This document shows, piece after piece, positions 33,281 through 40,251 of a stretch of 54,318 bases of DNA. The stretch covers positions 1-54,318 of the forward strand of contig CAZVDC010000001.1 of assembly GCA_964625995.1 (NCBI GenBank). The letters are read 5' to 3'. How positions within the stretch are numbered: position 1 is the first letter of the stretch; each line of letters opens with the position of its first letter. The notes beneath the pieces were generated by a model. That model saw only the letters and a program-made list of their open reading frames with translations, ran no database searches and was not told the origin of the DNA. The translations under genes were made by a program, and so were the position numbers. Source of the DNA: an uncultured Candidatus Saccharibacteria bacterium (GTDB taxonomy: Bacteria; Patescibacteriota; Minisyncoccia; RBG-13-40-8-A; JAUWHN01).

Positions 33281-34237
33281 TTATAGTCCGAGATGATTTA
33301 TAAGAAGTTCGTTTTTTTCTTCTAACAAATCTCTTACAAATCTGTCATACATATCGTATCGGTAATTAAATTCATTAGTGCTCATTGCAGCGCAATTTAT
33401 TTCTGTTCCTGCTTCAGTTTCAATTTTTTTAATAAAAGTAGAAATTTTCCTTTGATTAAGATTATCTCCAACTATAAGAAGATCGGCTTTTGCTGTTTTA
33501 TTTCCCACAAATAATCCTGATAACAGGACTAATTTTATTTTGCCCAGTTTTTTTATCTGCTTTAGCATTTTTTCTTTAGAAACAGGGCTAGATTTGAGAA
33601 TTAGCTCTTTAAGCTCATTAAAAAATTCAAAGTCTGGATTAAGATAGAATATTTGTTTACGAGGAGAAAGTTTTCTTTTTCTTATCAGTCCTATTTTTTC
33701 AAGTTTTTTTAAATATTTTTTTGTTGTTTGTTTTTCTGTTCTCAACGCTTTAAATATATCTTTAAACAAAAATTGTTTTTCTTGATTCCTGAAAAAGAGC
33801 TTCATTAACTGAAGTTTTACAGGGGAACCAAATAATTCTTCTAATGGCTCTGTTATTTTTTTACTTCTTTTTACTACTTTTTTCTTCGCTTTTTTCTTTC
33901 CGGGCTTTTTTGTTTTTTTGGATTTTTTAGAAACTCTTTTTGCTTTTTTCTTTTTTGATATTTTTTTCTTTTTAATTTTAATCTTCTTTTTTGATTTAAA
34001 AGCTTTCTTTTTAGATTTTTGTTTTTTCTTTTTTTCTTTTAATCCTTTATTTTTCTTTTTTATTTTTTTGTCCCCTTTTGCCCTTTTAACAGATTTCTTT
34101 TTAGAGGATTTTCCTACTCGCCTACTCTGTTTTTTAGTAGTTTGCTTTTTAGAAACTCTTTTTTTCTTCTTTTTTAGAGAAGCTTTTTTATTTGTACTTT
34201 TCTTTTTTTGTTTTTTATTTTTTGAGGAGGTAGCCAT
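33281..34237 (-). CDS. lysine-rich (histone H1-like tail) wHTH DNA-binding protein
   Basis: The first ~130 residues are almost entirely K/S/R/A repeats. The C-terminal half has a wHTH-like segment (FKALRTEKQTTKKYLKKLEKIGLIRKRK) and a further alpha/beta domain. Confidence 0.6.
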   Translation of the reverse strand: MATSSKNKKQKKKSTNKKASLKKKKKRVSKKQTTKKQSRRVGKSSKKKSVKRAKGDKKIKKKNKGLKEKKKKQKSKKKAFKSKKKIKIKKKKISKKKKAKRVSKKSKKTKKPGKKKAKKKVVKRSKKITEPLEELFGSPVKLQLMKLFFRNQEKQFLFKDIFKALRTEKQTTKKYLKKLEKIGLIRKRKLSPRKQIFYLNPDFEFFNELKELILKSSPVSKEKMLKQIKKLGKIKLVLLSGLFVGNKTAKADLLIVGDNLNQRKISTFIKKIETEAGTEINCAAMSTNEFNYRYDMYDRFVRDLLEEKNELLINHLGL

Positions 34238-34352
34238 AAATTTATCATATTATTTGCCTGTTTTTAAAGAAAAACCTCTAACAAGCAAATAAATACAATT
34301 AATTTTTATTATTTTATTGCTCTTAAATTAATAATATCTCTTTTTTTTTATC

Positions 34353-34381
34353 TTGTAAACCAAACCAAAGATTGTTATAAT
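34353..34381 (+). promoter_or_regulatory. promoter with extended -10, leaderless geometry
   Basis: TTGTAA (34353-34358), 17 nt, TGtTATAAT (-10 at 34376-34381), then 6 nt (GATTTT) and the ATG at 34388. Confidence 0.6.
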
Positions 34382-34387
34382 GATTTT

Positions 34388-36646
34388 ATGATGGAAAATA
34401 AAGAGAAAAATATCCACTTAGAATATTTTTTTAAAGAATTTATAGAAACAGAACCTAAAAAGGGTGGTTCTAGAAAAAAAAGCCCAGATTTTGTTTGCGA
34501 TTTGTTGATTCATGAACCTAAAAGCATAGAAGAAGCTCGATTGGGCATTCTTTTTATATTGGGTAAAATCGTCAATATTCCAAGTAATAAATATAAAAAC
34601 TTTGATTTCTTGCTGAACCTTTTAATTTCAGTAATAAAAAGAGAGTTTTATTCTAATCCCGAACGTTCCTCAGAAAAAGCCCTAGAAGCAAGCTTGCACA
34701 ATGCAAATCTTTATTTAGACGATTTTGCAGATAAAGGAAACACCGAGTGGATTGGCAATCTTCATGTTGTTTGTGGTGTTTTAGCCAACAATTCGTTGTA
34801 TTTAGCTAAAACAGGTGATTTATCAATTAAGTTGCTTAGAGATGAAACTGTAAGTCATATTGATAAAAAATTTCCAACATCAGAAAAGTTATCTCCACTT
34901 AACACTTTTAGCAATATAGTATCTGGAAGGTTATTAGATAAAGATAAAATTTTGATATGCAACAAGGAAGTTTTAGATAAAATTAAATTAGTTAAGTTAA
35001 GAAAATTAAGCTCAACAAGTTGTGGTTTTATAATAAACTTTCTAAAGAAAAATTTAGAAGAAGATGAAGTTGATTATCCGCTTTTGTGTTTAACTATCGA
35101 AGCGAGAGCTAAAGAAGGGTTTTGGGAAAAGGAAGAAACAGAAATTCAAGCAATTTTTCAAAAAGAGGTTCTGATTGAGAAACTAAACAACAAAACAAGG
35201 ACAGTTTACATAGACAAGGCGAAAGCCCTAATTTTGAAATGTTTCATTGTTCTGAAATTTATATTTAAATTTTTGCTTCTGGCTATAAAATATTTAGGAA
35301 TTTTGTTATTTAAAATATATAGATTAATTTATCCTTTATTTAGGAAAATTACCCAGAGCAGTTTCTATAATCGCCTCTCCCCTATTTTCCAAAAAAGAAA
35401 AAAGGTTTTTATAAAACCACTTAGTCAGGCTATAAAGAGAATTAAAAACTGGTTTCTTAAACAGAAGAATAATATTATTGAGTTATACAAGAGGAACAAA
35501 CCTGCTTTTTGGGTTGCTTCCCTGCTTGTTGCTTTGATTTTAGTTTTTTGTTTTAGTGTTGTAAACCAGATAATTTATAGTTCAAGAATAAATAAATTTA
35601 ATTATGAATTCATTAAGCTACAGGCAATTCAAAAAAAGGCAGAGCTTTCTTTGATTTATCAGGATAAAGAAAAAGCTAAATTGATTTTTGAAAAAAGCCA
35701 AAATCTTTTTGATAATATTTCAAGTTTTGTTCAAAAAAATAGCTTAGATAAAAACTTAGAAGTCAAAAAAAGGCTCGCAAGCCTAATTGAGGCTCAGCAA
35801 CAGCTCCGCGATAGTTTTAGCAACATAAAAAGGCCAAAATTAGAAAAAGTTTTTAGTTTCAAAGATTCTGGCTTTATTGTAAAACCTATAGGAATTGAAA
35901 AAATTAATGAAAGTTTATATTTCTATGAGCTGGAATCAGGAATTCTTTATAGATTTAATCTAAATAATACTTCTCAGGAAAAGAACATTGACAAAAAATT
36001 AATTCTTGTTTTTATTTCAGCAAAAGACGAGCTGAGAAAAATGACAGCGCTTGAGGATAAGAATTTAGTTTTAATTGGCCAAAGCGGAAAAGTTTATCTC
36101 TATAATCCAGAATCGAATGAGCATACTGTTTACCCAGTCAACCCGGAGATTATTATAGAAGAAACAAGGGATATTGATAGTTTTTCTTCAAGTTTTTATT
36201 TATTAATCCCAGAAAAAGGTGAGATTATGAAATATTCTTTAGTAAACAGCAGTCAAGAAGCTATTGTTCAAGGAAAAAATTGGTTAGCAGAAGAACCATT
36301 TAAGGATTTTAGTAAAGCAAAAAGTATTGCCATTGACGGCTCAATTTATTTGCTTACAGATGATAAGATAGTTAAGTATTATAAAGGAAAGAAGCAAAAA
36401 GAAGTTTCCATAATCTTAGAAAAATCTTTGGGCAAAGAGAATAAATTGTTTACTAAATCAGGATTTCAATATCTTTATATTTCTGACCCGGATAATAATA
36501 GGTTATTAATTTTAGACAAAGAAGGAAGGATTGTCTATCAGTTTGTAAGTGAAGAATTCAGTAATCTTTTGGATTTTTGGGTAACAAAAGACGAAAAGAC
36601 AATTTATGTATTGTGTAATACAGAGGTTTATAAACTTAATATTTAA
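34388..36646 (+). CDS. large hypothetical membrane protein (N-terminal PP2C/SpoIIE-like region, TM segments, C-terminal beta-propeller-like repeats)
   Basis: 752 aa. TM helices lie around residues 270-320 and 365-390. The C-terminus has about six repeats of the type hydrophobic-Y/F-hydrophobic..D/G..hydrophobic-Y. Domain calls are tentative. Confidence 0.6.
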   Translation: MMENKEKNIHLEYFFKEFIETEPKKGGSRKKSPDFVCDLLIHEPKSIEEARLGILFILGKIVNIPSNKYKNFDFLLNLLISVIKREFYSNPERSSEKALEASLHNANLYLDDFADKGNTEWIGNLHVVCGVLANNSLYLAKTGDLSIKLLRDETVSHIDKKFPTSEKLSPLNTFSNIVSGRLLDKDKILICNKEVLDKIKLVKLRKLSSTSCGFIINFLKKNLEEDEVDYPLLCLTIEARAKEGFWEKEETEIQAIFQKEVLIEKLNNKTRTVYIDKAKALILKCFIVLKFIFKFLLLAIKYLGILLFKIYRLIYPLFRKITQSSFYNRLSPIFQKRKKVFIKPLSQAIKRIKNWFLKQKNNIIELYKRNKPAFWVASLLVALILVFCFSVVNQIIYSSRINKFNYEFIKLQAIQKKAELSLIYQDKEKAKLIFEKSQNLFDNISSFVQKNSLDKNLEVKKRLASLIEAQQQLRDSFSNIKRPKLEKVFSFKDSGFIVKPIGIEKINESLYFYELESGILYRFNLNNTSQEKNIDKKLILVFISAKDELRKMTALEDKNLVLIGQSGKVYLYNPESNEHTVYPVNPEIIIEETRDIDSFSSSFYLLIPEKGEIMKYSLVNSSQEAIVQGKNWLAEEPFKDFSKAKSIAIDGSIYLLTDDKIVKYYKGKKQKEVSIILEKSLGKENKLFTKSGFQYLYISDPDNNRLLILDKEGRIVYQFVSEEFSNLLDFWVTKDEKTIYVLCNTEVYKLNI

Positions 36647-36680
36647 CTTCTTTTTGCTCTTTAAAACCAAAAAGGGAAAA

Positions 36681-36968
36681 ATGGATAAAAAGAGATAACT
36701 TATCAAGAAATTAAAGAAGTTTCAGAAGAATATATCAAAAGAGGGTTTAAGAATTTTTTTAAACAGGCAAAGTTCGGTTAGTGATTTTCGCATTGACTGT
36801 CCTTGTTGTAAAAAGTTTCGGAGCATAGAATATAATCAGTTTAGAGATTCTTGGGAATGTCTTACGAGAGATTGCGGCTACACTCTTCCCAAAGAATTAG
36901 CTCCACCAAGCCCAAAGGAACTAAGTTGTTTATTTACAGATATTCTAAATAAACCTAACAAGAATTAA
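36681..36968 (+). pseudogene. zinc-ribbon small protein ORF interrupted by in-frame TAA at codon 6
   Basis: SD AAGGGA, ATG at 36681 and TAA at 36696-36698. The same frame then stays open for 89 codons encoding ..DCPCCKKF..ECLTRDCGY.. (CxxC..CxxxxC). There is no ATG, GTG or TTG after the stop. Confidence 0.35.
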
Positions 36969-36996
36969 AAAGCTTTTGTCAGTGTATAAAAACAAT

Positions 36997-37024
36997 TAAA
37001 AACTGCCCCTTGGGGCAGTTTTTA
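36997..37024. terminator. bidirectional intrinsic terminator
   Basis: AAAAACTGCCCC-TT-GGGGCAGTTTTT downstream of rplL (minus strand) and of the zinc-ribbon ORF (plus strand). Confidence 0.75.
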
Positions 37025-37046
37025 AATCTAACAAGAAAAAAGTAAT

Positions 37047-37643
37047 TTATTTTAATTCAACAGTTGCACCAGCTTCTTCTAATTTCTTCTTTATTTCTTC
37101 AGCTTCTTCTTTTTTAACATTTTCCTTAATTACTTGAGGAACACTGTCAACTAAGTCCTTAGCCTCTTTTAAGCCCTTGCCAGTAATTTCTCGAACAACC
37201 TTAATAACTTGAATCTTCTGAGAACCAGCATCTTTGAGTTCTATAGTGAAAGAGTCTTTTGTTTCCTCTCCCCCTCCCTCTGCAGCACCACCAGTCATTC
37301 CTGCCACAGCCATCATTGGGGCTGCTGCTGATACTCCAAACTTTTTTTCTAATACTTTTACCAATTCAGCTAAATCCAGCACACTGAGCTGTTCTATTTT
37401 CTCAATCAAATCTTTAAATTTTTCAGGAACCTCTACCTCTTCTTTGGCTTCTTCTTTTACTTCTTTTGTTTCTGGGGTTTCTTCCTTTTTTTCTTCAGCT
37501 TTTTCTTTCTTAGTCTGTTCTTCCTGTTTTGCTTTCTGTTCTGGACTTTCTTCTTTAGCCTGTTCTTCCTGATCTACTGCTTCTTCATTTTTGGCCTCTT
37601 TCTCATCATTAGATTGTGTATTAGTATTTTTTTCTTCAGTCAT
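37047..37643 (-). CDS. rplL: 50S ribosomal protein L7/L12 with about 72-aa acidic N-terminal extension
   Basis: Residues 73-198 are canonical L12 ([19 protein letters not shown]..hinge..[23 protein letters not shown]..). Residues 1-72 are E/K-rich. Confidence 0.9.
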   Translation of the reverse strand: MTEEKNTNTQSNDEKEAKNEEAVDQEEQAKEESPEQKAKQEEQTKKEKAEEKKEETPETKEVKEEAKEEVEVPEKFKDLIEKIEQLSVLDLAELVKVLEKKFGVSAAAPMMAVAGMTGGAAEGGGEETKDSFTIELKDAGSQKIQVIKVVREITGKGLKEAKDLVDSVPQVIKENVKKEEAEEIKKKLEEAGATVELK

Positions 37644-37704
37644 TTTTTTTGCGAATTAAGTAAATTAAAGCGAACAGATTTATTTTCTACTCGCTTTAAT
37701 TATA

Positions 37705-38226
37705 CTAAGATTCGCTTGCTATTGCTTTTAGAACATAAACCAATCCTCTAATGTTTCCTTTTAATACATTTATAAATCCACTTAAAGGAGAGTTTATGCT
37801 TCCAATTAATTTAGATATAAGTTCGACCTTGGATGGAATATTAGCTAGTTCTTTAATGTCTTTAGGGCTTAATACTTGATTATCCATAATTCCACCTAAT
37901 ATTTCAAACTGCTCAAAATTTTTTGAAGTTTTATTTATTATTTTTGCCGGAGAAACAGGATCATTATAGCCAAAAACTAAACCAATAGAAGTGTCAAATT
38001 GGTCTAAATCTATAAGACCTTTTAACTTTGTTTTTTCCAATGCTAATTTTATTAGAGTTTTTTTGGCTATTTTATATTCTCCATTTATTTTCTTTAATTC
38101 TTCTCTCAGTTCCTGAAGAGAATCTGTTTTTAATCCTTGAAAATTGGTAATAATAACAATTTTTTGTTTGTCTAGCTTTTCTTTTAGGTTTTCAACAATT
38201 TGAGCTTTTTGTTCTTTGGTAAGCAT
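37705..38226 (-). CDS. rplJ: 50S ribosomal protein L10
   Basis: MLTKEQKAQIVENLKEKL.. matches the L10 layout. It lies directly upstream of rplL. Confidence 0.9.
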   Translation of the reverse strand: MLTKEQKAQIVENLKEKLDKQKIVIITNFQGLKTDSLQELREELKKINGEYKIAKKTLIKLALEKTKLKGLIDLDQFDTSIGLVFGYNDPVSPAKIINKTSKNFEQFEILGGIMDNQVLSPKDIKELANIPSKVELISKLIGSINSPLSGFINVLKGNIRGLVYVLKAIASES

Positions 38227-38385
38227 AATTTTATAAGTTAATTATTATTTAAAAACTGCGGATAATCCGCAGCACATTAAACACTGTCAAATAATAAAAG
38301 ATATTATTTGAAACATCCTCGGCAGGTCTTACCTGTTTTTAACAGTGCCTGCTGTCTGCGGATTATCTTGATTTAAACTTTTTTA
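38227..38385 (-). promoter_or_regulatory. L10 (rplJ) leader-like attenuator
   Basis: The minus-strand leader has GATAATCCGCAG (from 38356-38367), complementary to the first 12 nt of the terminator CTGCGGA-TTA-TCCGCAG-TTTTT (38251-38272). This gives alternative antiterminator and terminator folds. The central part is relatively GC-rich. Confidence 0.5.
38251..38272 (-). terminator. leader terminator hairpin upstream of rplJ
   Basis: CTGCGGA-TTA-TCCGCAG followed by T5 on the minus strand, 25 nt before the rplJ ATG. Confidence 0.55.
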
Positions 38386-38386
38386 C

Positions 38387-38415
38387 AGTTTATCATTTTA
38401 CAAAATTATTGTCAA
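38387..38415 (-). promoter_or_regulatory. sigma70-type promoter of rplJL
   Basis: The minus strand reads TTGACA (38410-38415), 17 nt, TAAACT (38387-38392). Confidence 0.6.
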
Positions 38416-38441
38416 CTTTTATTTAGTATAATGCAGCTAGA

Positions 38442-38468
38442 ATGTAACGAGGTCTTTCCTCGTTACAT
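38442..38468. repeat. REP-like palindrome copy (TCTTT orientation)
   Basis: ATGTAACGAGG-TCTTT-CCTCGTTACAT between the mltG stop and the rplJ promoter. Confidence 0.9.
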
Positions 38469-38481
38469 TGTTTTTGATGTA

Positions 38482-39549
38482 TTAGAGATTAAAGTATTTT
38501 CTTTTATTGATGTTATGTTCCTCTAGGGTTCTGGAAAAGATTGTTTTGCCGGTTTCTGGGTCTGTTAGAAAAAAATTGTAATCTGTATATTCTGGATAAA
38601 TTGCTGCTTTGATAGCTGAAAGTCCAGGGTTATTGATTGGTGTCGGAGGTAGGCCTGGGTTTATATAAGTATTATAAGGCGATTTGATCCGGGTATCTTC
38701 GTAAGAATAACGCCATTTATCTGTTCCTAAAATATAAGCAATGGTAGCGCAGGATTCCAAGGGATAATTATTTTCCAATCTTTTCCAAAAAATACCTGAA
38801 ACAATTCTTCTGTCGTCATCGCTCTTTACTTCTTTTTCTAAAATAGAAGCCATAATCAACACTTCGTAAAGAGACCTGTTTTGATTCTTTATTTCTTTTT
38901 TCAGGTCATCGGTAATTTTCTGGTTAAAATTTTCTCTCATTTTTTTAATGATTTCCTCAATAGAAGTATTTTGCTCAAAATAATAAGTGTCAGGAAATAA
39001 GTAACCCTGTAAATCTAAAGGGATTTCATCTGTTTCATTTATCAATCCTAGTCCTAACAGTCTTTTTTTAATTTGTTGATTAGTCCAGCCTTCAGGAATA
39101 GTTACTTTTATCCAATCTTTAACAACCTCTCCTTTTATGAATTTTTCAACAATCTGAGCAATGTTCATTGAAGGACTAAGTTTATACTTCCCAGCTTGAA
39201 GGTTTTTAGTTTTTTTGTTTAACCAGACATAAGTGCTAAAAACCCAATCGTTTCTTATTAGATTTGCTTTTTTTAAATTAGCCCCAATCTCATTGACCCC
39301 TTGTCCTGGCTCAATATAAAAAATTTGTTCATTGTTATTATGGCTTAAGGGGACTTCAACTTGATACCAGAAAAATAAAGACATAGAAAAACCAGTTAGC
39401 AAAACAATGGTTAGAATAGTTATTAAAATACTCCTATGAGCAGTAAAAAACTCTTTTAGCCAGTAGCAAATTTTTATAAAGAAATTAAAAACAGCTTTAT
39501 AACAAGCTGATATTTTTGAAAAAAAAGATTTTTTAAATTTTATTTCCAT
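38482..39549 (-). CDS. mltG: endolytic murein transglycosylase MltG (YceG-like)
   Basis: TM anchor, LysM-like segment, ASILEKE and YNTYINPGLPPTPINNPG motifs. Confidence 0.85.
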   Translation of the reverse strand: MEIKFKKSFFSKISACYKAVFNFFIKICYWLKEFFTAHRSILITILTIVLLTGFSMSLFFWYQVEVPLSHNNNEQIFYIEPGQGVNEIGANLKKANLIRNDWVFSTYVWLNKKTKNLQAGKYKLSPSMNIAQIVEKFIKGEVVKDWIKVTIPEGWTNQQIKKRLLGLGLINETDEIPLDLQGYLFPDTYYFEQNTSIEEIIKKMRENFNQKITDDLKKEIKNQNRSLYEVLIMASILEKEVKSDDDRRIVSGIFWKRLENNYPLESCATIAYILGTDKWRYSYEDTRIKSPYNTYINPGLPPTPINNPGLSAIKAAIYPEYTDYNFFLTDPETGKTIFSRTLEEHNINKRKYFNL

Positions 39550-39558
39550 AATCCCAAA

Positions 39559-40173
39559 TCAATCTTCTATTAAAGGAACAAAGGCAAAACCTGGAAATTC
39601 TTTTTGCTCAAATTCTTTTTCTGAACGCTTTATCAATAAAAATATACTAGAAAGAACCGGGGCTACTAACCGTCCCCCAACCTTTAATTGTTCTTTCCAT
39701 GCTTGAGGAATTTTTTCTCCTGCCGCTCCTGCAATAATTTTATCAAAAGGCGCTGCTTCTTTTAGTCCTTTGCTTCCATCTTTACATACAAATTCTACTA
39801 TTCCTTTTTCTCCGAACCCGTACTTTTTAATATTTCTCTTACTGAATTCTATTAAGGCCGGAATTCTTTCAACTGCATAAACCTTTCCTTTTTCACCAAC
39901 AATATGAGCCAAGAGAGCTGTTTGCCAGCCTGAACCAGACCCAATATCAAGAATTTTGTCTCCTGGCTCTGGCTGGAGAAGTTCCAACATAAAAGCAACG
40001 GTAAGCGGCTGAGAAATAGTTTGTCCCCAGCCAATTGGAAGAGGCGCATCTATTTCAGCCTCATTTTTTAATTCTTCTAACACAAAATCTACTCTTTTAA
40101 TTTCTTTAAAAGCCTCTATAATTCTTGGTGTTTTTAAATAACCTTTTTTGATTAAATCGTCTACTAGGCTCAT
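39559..40173 (-). CDS. pcm: protein-L-isoaspartate O-methyltransferase
   Basis: QTISQPLTVAFMLE and the SAM motif ILDIGSGSGWQTALLA. Confidence 0.85.
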   Translation of the reverse strand: MSLVDDLIKKGYLKTPRIIEAFKEIKRVDFVLEELKNEAEIDAPLPIGWGQTISQPLTVAFMLELLQPEPGDKILDIGSGSGWQTALLAHIVGEKGKVYAVERIPALIEFSKRNIKKYGFGEKGIVEFVCKDGSKGLKEAAPFDKIIAGAAGEKIPQAWKEQLKVGGRLVAPVLSSIFLLIKRSEKEFEQKEFPGFAFVPLIED

Positions 40174-40212
40174 ATATTTAGATTATAACAAAAAAGATTG
40201 AAAAATAAAAGA

Positions 40213-40244
40213 AAAAGGGTCTTCCTTGTGGAAAACCCTTTTTT
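40213..40244 (-). terminator. intrinsic terminator after the 893-aa gene
   Basis: AAAAGGGT-C-TTCC-TTGT-GGAA-A-ACCCTTTT with T runs on both strands. Confidence 0.65.
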
Positions 40245-40251
40245 GTGTTTT

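Noticed and set aside
33918-34292. A 124-aa plus-strand ORF rich in F opposite the K-rich protein gene, and a 112-aa ORF at 37234-37572 opposite rplL.
   Set aside because: These are the mirror translation of AAG/AAA/GAA-rich coding sequence (poly-K/E read as poly-F/S/L). The minus-strand genes carry recognisable domains.
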